NCBI GenBank assembly: GCA_938084565.1
Contig: CALKEU010000001.1
Location: 202,131 to 266,130, forward strand
Direction of reading: 5' to 3'
Source: Candidatus Kapaibacterium sp.
GTDB lineage: Bacteria; Bacteroidota; Ignavibacteria; Kapaibacteriales; HRBIN21
Length of the DNA stretch: 64,000 nt
Part shown: piece after piece, positions 1 through 9,309 of the stretch
How the letters are laid out: every line of letters begins with the position of its first letter
Position numbering within the stretch: the first letter of the stretch is position 1
Notes under the pieces: generated by a model
Databases searched by the model: none
Seen by the model: the letters and a program-made list of their open reading frames with translations, nothing else
Told to the model about the DNA's origin: nothing
Program-made: the position numbers and the translations under genes

Positions 1-83
1 TCAATGACGCAGCAGCTGCCCGGGTCCTCGATGTGGCATGGCAGGGACGGACGGAAGCTGTAGAAGCTGCTCCAACTTCCTGA

Positions 84-629
84 ATGCCAAGTCTTCCCCT
101 GCATGAGCAGACATGGTATGCCGCCGCCAGGGCCTACTACCTACTCCATTCATCTGTAAGCCCCTGTGACCAGGAGGAGGCCCAACGCTGGAGCCAGACT
201 CACCGGAGTCTCTACGACACGTTCATCACCTGCGTTGAAGAGGCTCACCGGCTGGCTTCGGCTGCTCTTCACTACGCCTGGGCGCCATATTCACGCTTCC
301 CGGTTGGAGCAGCACTCCTAGCCACCGACGGCAGTCTCTGGCAGGGCTGCAATGTAGAGTGCAGTAGCTTCGGCTTAACCCTCTGTGCCGAACGTGTTGC
401 CCTCGGACACGCCATCACGCACGGACGACGAGAGTTTGTGTTCTTAGCGCTCGTCACGGACACGGAAACCCCTCTCACCCCTTGTGGGGCGTGCCGTCAG
501 ATACTGTACGATTTCGCCCCCACCCTTCTCATCTCATCCCAAGGGGCTCGGGGGCAACGACGTGCCCTCTGGTGGCTCGACGAACTCCTACCCAGCCCGT
601 TTTCCGGCAAAGAGATCTGGAAACGTTAG
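84..629 (+). CDS. cdd: cytidine deaminase (with ~40-aa N-terminal extension)
   Basis: CDA zinc-binding motifs CAERVALGHAITHG and PCGACRQIL; also the AWAPYSRFPVGAALL core typical of tetrameric cytidine deaminases. Confidence 0.8.
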   Translation: MPSLPLHEQTWYAAARAYYLLHSSVSPCDQEEAQRWSQTHRSLYDTFITCVEEAHRLASAALHYAWAPYSRFPVGAALLATDGSLWQGCNVECSSFGLTLCAERVALGHAITHGRREFVFLALVTDTETPLTPCGACRQILYDFAPTLLISSQGARGQRRALWWLDELLPSPFSGKEIWKR

Positions 630-3600
630 CGCACAAGGCTGAGTGCACGCACCCATCGCCTTCCCCCTCCCTCTACGACGAGCCAGTACATGCCGCTGGG
701 CAGATGCTCGACCACAAGTTCGGTTGTGCCCTCAGCGACGGGCTGCCCGAGAATGGAGTAGAGCACGCTGCGTATCTGCCTCGGCTCAGCAGGCCATACG
801 AGAAGTCGCTGAGGGATCAGTGCTGACGGCAGCCACTGCAGTCTCAGCTCGCTTGCCTCTGGGCTACTATCGGCTATACCAACTGCGAGCCGCAACTGCG
901 CTGCTCGACTTGTGTCTCCCCCACACCGATTCCACACCACACATTGGTACCTTCCCGTGTCAGCCACCGACACCGCCGAGATACAGTACACCGTATCCCG
1001 GGCACCTGCTATAGGCACGCCGTCCTTGAGCCACTGGTACTGGCGCATGAGGCCTCCGGCTGCTGCTACCACAAAGCAGACTCGTTCGCCGGGCCTACCC
1101 TCAATATCCTGAGGCTGTTGTACGATCTGAGGACGCTCTTCGAGGAGGACATGGGTAGTGCGACTTGAGAGCTCCGGCGGGCATAGCCCACGTATGCGCA
1201 CGCTATACGCCCCTGCCTGCGCCAAGCTCGTTATCGCCAAGCGCAAGGTTGGCTGCCGCGCCCCGGGGATTTCGCTCCCTGAGCGGTACCACTGATAGCT
1301 TAGCGAATCCCCCGTAGCGCCGACGCTCAAGACGAGGGTGTCTCCCACACACAGCCTCACTGTATCCGGAGGCTGCTGCGTAATGCTGGGAGGCTGTACG
1401 ATGGTAAAGGCTGAATCGGTCTGGCTCCGTAGCCCTGTGACAGCGTGTACAACACGCAGCCAGTACCGACCGGCCGGCTGCGTCACAGGGATCGACCACG
1501 TGTAACTGGTGCCTGTCGTTGTAGCCAGCAATACCCACTGCTGCCCATCTGTGCTGAGCTCAATCCGGAATGTATCCCCCGCCGCTGTCCCTGACGAGAG
1601 CCATGAAATCGAAACGCTCGAACCTGCGCAGAAACGCTCACCCCCACGCGGGCTGAACATCGTCAGAGTGGCCCGCACGTATTTGAGCAGAAATGCGTCC
1701 GTTGCACCTCCACCGTACCCCGTCTGAAAGCCGCTTCCAGCCATAGCACACAGGCTCGCAGAGTTTGTCTCGCCCGCAATATAGAGATCGCCTCGCGCAT
1801 CAAGGACAGCGCTCAGCGGACGTTCATCGAGCAGTGTGCCGAGAAAGCTGCTGTAGCCCAGCTGTAAGGGCATCAGATCGGGGAAGACGGTGATGAAGAT
1901 GTCCTGCCCCCCTGCCAGCCTCCGACTGTGGGCATCCTGCGTTACGGGGAAGTTGCCCGAGCGAGTCCACCCAATGACGATGGGGGCATTGGAGTATTCC
2001 AACACGATGCGTGGCTCCTCATCGCTAGTCCCCCCCAGGAAGGTGGAGTACATAAGCGCCGCTGTCCCCAGCCCAGAACTTGAAAACCGACATAGGAAAG
2101 CATCCAAGCCACCAGCCAGCTGCTGCTGGTACGGCGGACCAGTAACGGGGAAGTTCGCCGAACGGGTGGCACCAACTACCCAGACCTCCCCGTTGCTGCG
2201 AGCCACAATGCCCGTTGCATAATCTTCCTGATTTCCCCCGAGAAAGGTGCAGTACTGCAGTGTCGCACTCGTGGGACGGAATTTGGCCACGAATGCATCG
2301 CGCGGACCACCGTTGTAGTCCCGGTCGTAGGGGCGGTTGCCGGGATTTGTGAATGTTGGCACGGGGTAGTTGGGGAAGTTAGACGAGGAGGTCTCCCCAC
2401 AGACATAGGTGTAACCGCTTGCGTCGGTATAGACCCCCCATGCTGTCTCGTTATCCGAGCCCCCCAGAAAAGTTGAAAAGCTCAACGATGCCCCTGTATT
2501 GCTCACCCCTGTGACGAACACATCCCAATTCCCGGCATACGTGCGTTGGTATGCCGCAGAAGTCGTCGGATAATTCGACGACTGCGTCCGTCCAACCAAG
2601 ACCACGATCCCATCCGGCCGCACAGAACCCGCCGTAGCAATGTCATCACTGCTGCCCCCGACGTATGTCGACCACCGCAGTACAGCTCCGGTAGACAACA
2701 AACGTGTGACAAACAGATCGGCGCCCCCACGCAACTGCTGTTGATACGCATTCCGGATAGGAAAGTCAGGCGAATTCGTCGTACCCGCTACCAGAATTTC
2801 ACCGTCCGCCTCCAGGCCAACGACGACCGGGAACTCCGATCCGCTGCCCCCGAGATATGTTGCAAAGAGCAAGCGGTGCAGTGTTGGATCGAACTTGAGC
2901 ACGACCGCATCCGTCAGCCCGTTATAGGTTGTATCGTATGCCCCCGGGGTCATACGGAAGGCGAGTTCTTCGGCCTGAACGACCGTCAAAATACTTCCAT
3001 CGGGCAGGCGCTGTAGCGAAGGAGCTCGCTCATCGGCCCCAGAGCCAACACAGGTACCATAGACGACCGGGTCGATGATGAGCGGGTACCGTGAATCGTA
3101 CGTACCGAGAGCAAAGCTCACATAGTAGGTGCCAGACTCAGCTGGTTCGAGCTGGAATTGAACAGGGATGGGGATGGTGTACCCTCCGATCTCTTGGTAA
3201 GCCTGTAGGTTGGCATGGGAGAGCACGAGCCCTCGAGTTCCAAAGAGCCGAAGCTCCGTGCCGTTGGCAGCAAGGGTAGCAGCCGTTGCGCCGACCAACC
3301 GCAGTCGGATATGGTGAGGATTAGCTCCTGGCCGTATGATGAAGTCGTAACGTACCCCTTCCGGCACCACCCGCAAGCGCAGATCGACGCCAGGGTAGAG
3401 CTCGCTGAGCTCCACCACGTGAGCCACAGGTACGGAACTCCGCCACCGCCGAGGCGAGTTGCCTCGGAAGAAGTGCAGCGCTACATCTTCGATACGCTGC
3501 GCCCGGGCCAATGCTGGGGTTGCCCCCTCAGCAATGAGCCAGATGACTTCTCCACGGCGGTGAATGCGCCTGCGCGGCAGTTCATAACGGTCTTGGCAGA

Positions 3601-3799
3601 GAAGCTCGACAGTCTGCTCATAAGCCTCGAAGACGAGGGCCGTCGGGAGGACGCCTACCGTCATCGAAGGCTGAGCCCAAACGTAGAGATAGGGAACGTC
3701 CCACTGTCCGTGATTCTCCACAAATCCTCGGACCCAGGGCAGGGGTAGCGCAAGAGCAGTACTGGCACTCAGGATAAGCACCCACAACACTCGGGTCAT
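626..3799 (-). CDS. T9SS-secreted SBBP beta-propeller-repeat / Ig-like repeat surface protein
   Basis: N-terminal signal peptide MTRVLWVLILSASTALALP. It carries many SBBP-type repeats (DAFV.KF / D.FVT.L ... FSTFLGGS ... NFP). Two or more I-set Ig-like segments follow (SYQWYRSG..., QYQWLKDGVPIAG...GRYQCVVWN). The C-terminus LPSGMYWLVVEGGGRRWVRALSLVR resembles a T9SS Por_Secre_tail CTD. Confidence 0.7.
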   Translation of the reverse strand: MTRVLWVLILSASTALALPLPWVRGFVENHGQWDVPYLYVWAQPSMTVGVLPTALVFEAYEQTVELLCQDRYELPRRRIHRRGEVIWLIAEGATPALARAQRIEDVALHFFRGNSPRRWRSSVPVAHVVELSELYPGVDLRLRVVPEGVRYDFIIRPGANPHHIRLRLVGATAATLAANGTELRLFGTRGLVLSHANLQAYQEIGGYTIPIPVQFQLEPAESGTYYVSFALGTYDSRYPLIIDPVVYGTCVGSGADERAPSLQRLPDGSILTVVQAEELAFRMTPGAYDTTYNGLTDAVVLKFDPTLHRLLFATYLGGSGSEFPVVVGLEADGEILVAGTTNSPDFPIRNAYQQQLRGGADLFVTRLLSTGAVLRWSTYVGGSSDDIATAGSVRPDGIVVLVGRTQSSNYPTTSAAYQRTYAGNWDVFVTGVSNTGASLSFSTFLGGSDNETAWGVYTDASGYTYVCGETSSSNFPNYPVPTFTNPGNRPYDRDYNGGPRDAFVAKFRPTSATLQYCTFLGGNQEDYATGIVARSNGEVWVVGATRSANFPVTGPPYQQQLAGGLDAFLCRFSSSGLGTAALMYSTFLGGTSDEEPRIVLEYSNAPIVIGWTRSGNFPVTQDAHSRRLAGGQDIFITVFPDLMPLQLGYSSFLGTLLDERPLSAVLDARGDLYIAGETNSASLCAMAGSGFQTGYGGGATDAFLLKYVRATLTMFSPRGGERFCAGSSVSISWLSSGTAAGDTFRIELSTDGQQWVLLATTTGTSYTWSIPVTQPAGRYWLRVVHAVTGLRSQTDSAFTIVQPPSITQQPPDTVRLCVGDTLVLSVGATGDSLSYQWYRSGSEIPGARQPTLRLAITSLAQAGAYSVRIRGLCPPELSSRTTHVLLEERPQIVQQPQDIEGRPGERVCFVVAAAGGLMRQYQWLKDGVPIAGARDTVYCISAVSVADTGRYQCVVWNRCGGDTSRAAQLRLAVGIADSSPEASELRLQWLPSALIPQRLLVWPAEPRQIRSVLYSILGQPVAEGTTELVVEHLPSGMYWLVVEGGGRRWVRALSLVR

Positions 3800-3811
3800 G
3801 ACTCTGCTCCA

Positions 3812-4666
3812 CTATTGTGACATGCTGTTAGCGTTCTCCTGCATCCATCGCAGCCCGATACCGAAGCTGCGCGAAGGGTGTGGGAAGGGACGCGACAGGT
3901 CATCGAAGAGCTGCTCCCCGTACACAAAAACTCCTATGGGGACTCGACCCATTGCTAGACCGAACTCTGCCCGATACTCGTGTCGTGCCCGTACAGGCGC
4001 GCCGAAGAGCGCTAGCCGATAACCTAGGCTGCTAAATTTATGCAACTTTTCTACTTGCCACGACGCGCGAGCGCGCACCATCAGTGAACCCCGGAGAGAA
4101 CGCCAGCGGAGCTCATCGGTACCGCGGATTCGGTAGTCCTGGGCAATTACGAAAAAGTGTACACGAGCCTCCACAGCGCTTTCCCACCAAGGGGTCCATC
4201 GATATCGATACTGCGCACCTGCAAAAGGTCCGTGCAAGATAATGACGCGCTTGGTAGGCTGATAGCCCACTGTGGGCTCATCCGTATCGGGAGGATCGGC
4301 ATTGTCAATTTCGTGCTTGCAGAAGTGGAGCAGTCCACCGTAGAGCTTCCACGGTGCGTGATGCCACAGCAGGAGCAGCTGTTCCTCCCAGCGAGCTGCC
4401 CGCGGATTGAAGCCGATGTCATTGAGAGCATTGGCCTGCAAGAGGTGGCTTGCAACGCCGAGGAGCCAGAGGTTGTCGCGCAGCTGCGACAGAGGCAGAG
4501 ATAGAGCCAGGACCAGTGTCCAGGCGCGTTCATCCCCAGCAGACCTGAAACCGCGATGGAACACTGCCGTACGGCTATCGGGGGAGTACTCGTGGTGGAA
4601 TGTCACCAGCTCCTGCGCCGATAGTCCGAGAGCACCGATTCCTACCAGGAGCACTCGGGGTGGCAT
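3812..4666 (-). CDS. hypothetical signal-peptide protein immediately upstream of the T9SS cargo gene and translationally coupled to speA
   Basis: N-terminal MPPRVLLVGIGALGLSAQ looks like a signal peptide. I recognised no family, and a PorP/SprF-like or OM beta-barrel role is speculative. Its start overlaps the speA stop by 1 nt. Confidence 0.4.
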   Translation of the reverse strand: MPPRVLLVGIGALGLSAQELVTFHHEYSPDSRTAVFHRGFRSAGDERAWTLVLALSLPLSQLRDNLWLLGVASHLLQANALNDIGFNPRAARWEEQLLLLWHHAPWKLYGGLLHFCKHEIDNADPPDTDEPTVGYQPTKRVIILHGPFAGAQYRYRWTPWWESAVEARVHFFVIAQDYRIRGTDELRWRSLRGSLMVRARASWQVEKLHKFSSLGYRLALFGAPVRARHEYRAEFGLAMGRVPIGVFVYGEQLFDDLSRPFPHPSRSFGIGLRWMQENANSMSQ

Positions 4667-6621
4667 TACTCCAGATACGTGTAGCCATACAGCCCAGAGC
4701 GATAGATGGCGAGAAATTCCCGCCCCTCCTGCAGCGAAATTCGCCCCTCTTTGACCGCGGAGGTAACCCAGGCCTCCATGGTCCGCACCAGGCGCTTTGG
4801 ATGAAACTGGACATAGCTGAGGACATCGGCAACCGTCTCCCCGTCGATCACGTGCTCGATGCGGTAGCCGTCAGCATCGACGCGGATGTGCACAACATTC
4901 GTATCGCCAAACAGATTGTGCAAATCCCCCAAGATTTCCTGGTAGGCCCCCACGAGAAAGATGCCGAGGTAGTACGGCTCGTTAGGATGGAGCTCGTGGA
5001 CAGGTAGGTACGGCAGGCGCATGCGGGCACAGACAAAAGAGTCCAGATGCCCATCAGAATCGCACGTAATGTCCTGTATGGTTGCAATGCGCGTCGGAGG
5101 TTCTGTGAGCCGGTGGATGGGCATGACGGGAAAGAGCTGGTCAACCGCCCATGCATCGGGCAAGGATTGGAAGAGGGAAAAATTGGCAAAATACTTGTCT
5201 GCCAGCATGTGGGGCAAGTAGCGGAGCTCCTCGGGCGGATGCTTCATCTCCAGGCTCAGCAGATAGACCCGACGAGCAATACTCCAGAAGAGGCGCTCCC
5301 CGAGTGCGCGAGTCCGTAGGTCGATCAGCCCGACATTGAAGAGCTCCAGGAGCTGTTCGCGGTACTGCTGCGCATCGTGCCAAGCCTCCAGCATTGTACG
5401 GGAAGAGAGTGTTTGCAGGAGCTCAGAGAGCTCATGCACGAGCGGATGCTCCGTGTCCTCGGGTACACTTTCCTCTTCGCTCCAGCACGGCAGGTGCGTC
5501 GTCTCCAGGACGTTGACAACAAGTACAGAATGGTGCGCCGTCAGCGCCCGCCCTGCTTCCGTAATGACGTGCGGGTGAGGCAGTCCCCGAGCGGTGGACG
5601 CCTCCGCTAGGGCCGAGATGACGTCATTGGCATATTCCTGGATGGAATAGTTAGCGCTGCTCGGAGCCGAAGAGCGTGTCCCATCGTAATCCACCCCTAA
5701 TCCCCCGCCGACATCGACGTACTCGATCGGATACCCCATCGAACGGAGCTGAACGTAGAACTGCGCAGCTTCCCGGAGCGCGCCCTTAATGCGCCGAATG
5801 TTTGTAATCTGGCTCCCTAGGTGGAAATGAAGGAGACGCAGACTGGAGGCTAGGTTGCGAGCCTGCGCAAATTCAAGCGCTTCCAGCAACTCACTCGAGT
5901 TGAGACCAAACTTGCTGCGATCCCCACCCGACTCCTCCCATCGCCCGCTACCGGAGCTGGCTAGCTTGACCCGGATACCTAAGGCGGGGCAAACGCGCAC
6001 TCGCTCAGCAATGTCAGCAATCAGGTGAAGTTCGCTGAGCTTTTCAACCACCAGCAAGACCCGCTTACCCATCTTCTGCGCCAGCAAGGCCAGTTCGATA
6101 AAGTCGCTGTCCTTGTACCCGTTGCAGATGATGAGCGCTTCCGGATTATCCATGATCCCCAACACGGCATGCAACTCCGGTTTCGAGCCTGCTTCCAAGC
6201 CGACGTTGAATTCCCGCCCGTGGCGCACAACCTCCTCAACGACCGGTCGCTGCTGGTTGACCTTGATGGGGTAGACGTTGTAGTACTGCCCACCGTAGCC
6301 GTACTCTGCCATTGCCTGCTGGAAGCATGTCCACAGCTTCTCGATCCGATCCCCGAGAATATCCAGGAAGCGGACGAGCACCGGTGGAGTGATATCCCGC
6401 AGCAGGAGTTCGTCCATGAGCTCTTTGAGATCGACTTCCACGGCGCGGTCCTTGCGCGGGCGCACAACGACGTTGCCCCGCTCATTGATGCCAAAGTATC
6501 CGGCGCCCCAGCCGGCGATGTTGTAAAGCTCAGCAGCATCTTCAATCTGCCAGGCCCGCCGTGATATCGGCGACGTGCGTCCAAACCAGCCCGTAGCGTC
6601 TACGAACAGAGGCTGCCTCAT
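4666..6621 (-). CDS. speA: biosynthetic arginine decarboxylase
   Basis: Hallmark YPIKVNQ segment and the IEDAAELYNIAGWGAGYFGINERGNVVV N-terminus. The ORF track extends to 6876 using an alternative start. I place the start at the ATG (MRQPLFVD) at 6619-6621, which removes the overlap with malQ. Confidence 0.85.
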   Translation of the reverse strand: MRQPLFVDATGWFGRTSPISRRAWQIEDAAELYNIAGWGAGYFGINERGNVVVRPRKDRAVEVDLKELMDELLLRDITPPVLVRFLDILGDRIEKLWTCFQQAMAEYGYGGQYYNVYPIKVNQQRPVVEEVVRHGREFNVGLEAGSKPELHAVLGIMDNPEALIICNGYKDSDFIELALLAQKMGKRVLLVVEKLSELHLIADIAERVRVCPALGIRVKLASSGSGRWEESGGDRSKFGLNSSELLEALEFAQARNLASSLRLLHFHLGSQITNIRRIKGALREAAQFYVQLRSMGYPIEYVDVGGGLGVDYDGTRSSAPSSANYSIQEYANDVISALAEASTARGLPHPHVITEAGRALTAHHSVLVVNVLETTHLPCWSEEESVPEDTEHPLVHELSELLQTLSSRTMLEAWHDAQQYREQLLELFNVGLIDLRTRALGERLFWSIARRVYLLSLEMKHPPEELRYLPHMLADKYFANFSLFQSLPDAWAVDQLFPVMPIHRLTEPPTRIATIQDITCDSDGHLDSFVCARMRLPYLPVHELHPNEPYYLGIFLVGAYQEILGDLHNLFGDTNVVHIRVDADGYRIEHVIDGETVADVLSYVQFHPKRLVRTMEAWVTSAVKEGRISLQEGREFLAIYRSGLYGYTYLE

Positions 6622-6623
6622 GG

Positions 6624-8123
6624 CTATCCCCGACGACCATAGAGGGCCGACATCTCTGCTACTATATCCCAGTGACGGCGCTGCGGCATACCCAGTGGAA
6701 GGCGCCAGCGCCAATTGCCCTGCTGCGTACCAGGACGATTCAGCTGGGCTTCCTCTCCAAAGCCACATATGTCCTGTACCGGGACCATAACCAACCACGC
6801 AGCAGACTGGAGGGCCAAACGGAGGAGCTCTCGGTGCACTGCCCTCTCGGGCACGCGCCATCCACAGTACCGCCATAGGTCGCGCCGAGCCTGTTCGGAG
6901 CTATGCCGGAACCACCCCCGGACCGGCGGTGTATCGTGCAGACTCGTCCAGGCCACACACTCGGGCCCGAAGGTGTGTGGAGCATGGGGGCTGGAGGCAG
7001 GGTCAGGAAAGGCAAATACCAACACCCGCATGCTCGACAGCCCAAAGTCCCGGCGCAGGAGCTCTACCTCAGCTGTAATGCTTCCCAAATCCTCCGGTAT
7101 GAGGGGCAAGGGCATCCATCGACGCTGCAGCGTACGGAGGAGGTCTCGGCCTGGTGTGCTCCGCCACGTGCCCGTAGCAGCCGTTCGAGCCTCTGCTGGA
7201 ATGGCCCAGCAGGCAACATAGCCCCGAAAGTGGTCTAATCGGAGCCACTGAACGTACTGCAATGCATGCTCGAGGCGGCGTTGCCACCAGCGAAAGTTCT
7301 CAGCCTGGTGCGTTTCCCAGCGATACAAAGGCTGCCCCCACCGCTGCCCATCGGGATTAAAAGCATCTGGCGGTGCCCCCGCAACCTCCTTGAGCTCCCC
7401 ATCGGGCTCGAGGAGGAAATACTCCCGATGCGCCCAGACATCGGCACTATCATGCGCCACAAACAGCGGCAGATCCCCGATGAGCTCCACACCGTGCCTC
7501 CGACACCACGCCGCTAGCTGCCGAAGCTGTCGGAAGAAGAGCAACTGCACCCAGACATGGAAGCGAAGCTGCCGGGCATACCGCCGCCGCACAGCTGCTA
7601 CGGCCTTCGGATGGCGCTCCCGGTAGGGAGCCTCCCACTGATACCACGGTTTTCCTCCACTGAGCTCACGCAACAAGGCAAAGAGAGCCCACTCCTCGAC
7701 CCAATCGCGCTGCTCCTGCCAGAAGCGCTCCAGCTCTGCCTCCAGGACACGCCAGCGCGAGCTCTGCGCAAAACAGCGAAGGAGCAACGCAGAGCGCTCG
7801 CGCAACACAAGCTCGTAATCAATCCATGGTGAGTACCCTCGCAGCGAACTCAGCTCACGACGTTGACACAGCCCCTCTGCATAGAGCAGCTCCGGACTAA
7901 TCCAGAGCGGATTGCCCGCAAAAGCAGAGAGCGCACTGTAAGGCGAATTGTCCAGCGCCACCGCCGTCGGCCCCCACGGCAGGAGATACCAATAGCGAAT
8001 CCCAGCTTGAGCCAATTGCGCAGCGAAGCCATAAGCTGCCGGCCCTAAATCGCCAATAGCCCATCGCGATGGAAGCGACGGAATAGGCAGTGCAACCCCT
8101 ACGCTGCGTGCACGCTCAATCAT
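6624..8123 (-). CDS. malQ: 4-alpha-glucanotransferase (amylomaltase, GH77)
   Basis: N-terminal GDLGPAAYGF...WYLLPWGPT...SPYSALSAFAGNPLWISPELL is the canonical MalQ signature. Confidence 0.8.
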   Translation of the reverse strand: MIERARSVGVALPIPSLPSRWAIGDLGPAAYGFAAQLAQAGIRYWYLLPWGPTAVALDNSPYSALSAFAGNPLWISPELLYAEGLCQRRELSSLRGYSPWIDYELVLRERSALLLRCFAQSSRWRVLEAELERFWQEQRDWVEEWALFALLRELSGGKPWYQWEAPYRERHPKAVAAVRRRYARQLRFHVWVQLLFFRQLRQLAAWCRRHGVELIGDLPLFVAHDSADVWAHREYFLLEPDGELKEVAGAPPDAFNPDGQRWGQPLYRWETHQAENFRWWQRRLEHALQYVQWLRLDHFRGYVACWAIPAEARTAATGTWRSTPGRDLLRTLQRRWMPLPLIPEDLGSITAEVELLRRDFGLSSMRVLVFAFPDPASSPHAPHTFGPECVAWTSLHDTPPVRGWFRHSSEQARRDLWRYCGWRVPERAVHRELLRLALQSAAWLVMVPVQDICGFGEEAQLNRPGTQQGNWRWRLPLGMPQRRHWDIVAEMSALYGRRG

Positions 8124-9309
8124 ACCGGCGGAAAAAGTCGCTCACGCACCCCACCACCGCCTCCTGTTGCTGTGCAGTCAAAGCTGGGTAGATCGGGAGC
8201 GCCAACACTTCCGCTGCAAGACGCTCCGCCACAGGGAAATCCCCTGCCCGATAGCCCAGGAAGCTGAACGCCGGCTGCCGGTGTAGCGGAAGTGGATAGT
8301 ACACCTCCGTCCCAATCCCACGCTCGGTAAGGTACCGCCGTAATTCGTCCCGGCGTCGGACTCGGATGATGTACTGATGGTACACATGCGGCATCGGCAC
8401 GCTGCCGGCGTAGAGCTCGGCCGGGAGGAGTACACGGTTGCGGGCATCAAATTCTTGTCCACCAACTGTCTCAGCCAATCCAGCCTCCTGAAAGAGTGTG
8501 GCATACCGATGAGCCCGGGCCCGGCGCTCAGCATTCCAGCGCTCCAAGTAACGGAGCTTCACTCGCAAGACCGCAGCTTGGAGAGCATCCATCCGAAAAT
8601 TTCCGCCGACGACTTGGTGTACATAGCGCTCCCGCATGCCATGGTTCCGCAGGAGGCGGAGCTGCTGAGCAAGCTCCCCTTCAGTGGACACCACCATCCC
8701 GGCATCTCCCCACGCCCCGAGATTCTTCGTCGGATAGAAGGAGATCGCAGCCGCTCTGCCGAACTGGCCTATACCTCGCCCATCTCGGTACTGTGCCCCG
8801 AAGGCCTGAGCAGCATCCTCTACAAGAGCCACCCCATACTGCCGGCAGAACTCTGCAATGGCCTCCACTTCCGGGGCAATTTGGCCGTAGAGGTGCACCA
8901 CGATGACCGCCCGTGTCCGTTTCGTCCAGCGCCGCTCCAGCTCTTCTGCACGCATCCCAAAGCCAACAGGCTCCACATCAGCAAAAACGGGACGGGCATG
9001 GAGCCGAGCCACAACACCTGCCGAGGCAAAGAAGGTCCAAGTTGGGACAATGACCTCATCCCCGGGGCCGACCCCAAGCGCCATCAAGAGCATCAGCAGG
9101 GCATCTGTCCCACTCGAGACTGCAACAGCAGCCGGAACGCCGAGATAGGCAGCGCATTCGCGCTCGAAATCCTCCACCTCCGCTCCCAGCACAAACTGCT
9201 GCGTCCGCCAGACGCGCTCGAGCGCCTGGAAGAGCTCCTCCTGCAGAACACGGTGCTGAGCCGCTAGGTCCAGAAATGGCACTGAGTTCAGGAGCTCTGC
9301 TCGTTCCAT
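8116..9309 (-). CDS. DegT/DnrJ/EryC1/StrS-family sugar aminotransferase (PLP-dependent)
   Basis: Start MERAELLNSVPFLDLAAQHRVLQEEL and the ...SSGTDALLMLLMALGVGPGDEVIVPTWTFFASAG... core typical of the DegT family; overlaps the upstream gene by 22 nt. Confidence 0.8.
   Translation of the reverse strand: MERAELLNSVPFLDLAAQHRVLQEELFQALERVWRTQQFVLGAEVEDFERECAAYLGVPAAVAVSSGTDALLMLLMALGVGPGDEVIVPTWTFFASAGVVARLHARPVFADVEPVGFGMRAEELERRWTKRTRAVIVVHLYGQIAPEVEAIAEFCRQYGVALVEDAAQAFGAQYRDGRGIGQFGRAAAISFYPTKNLGAWGDAGMVVSTEGELAQQLRLLRNHGMRERYVHQVVGGNFRMDALQAAVLRVKLRYLERWNAERRARAHRYATLFQEAGLAETVGGQEFDARNRVLLPAELYAGSVPMPHVYHQYIIRVRRRDELRRYLTERGIGTEVYYPLPLHRQPAFSFLGYRAGDFPVAERLAAEVLALPIYPALTAQQQEAVVGCVSDFFRRYD

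Noticed and set aside
6025-6564. 179-aa plus-strand ORF and its 187-aa minus-strand partner (6021-6584)
   Set aside because: Both lie inside speA in other frames; speA is supported by the YPIKVNQ signature
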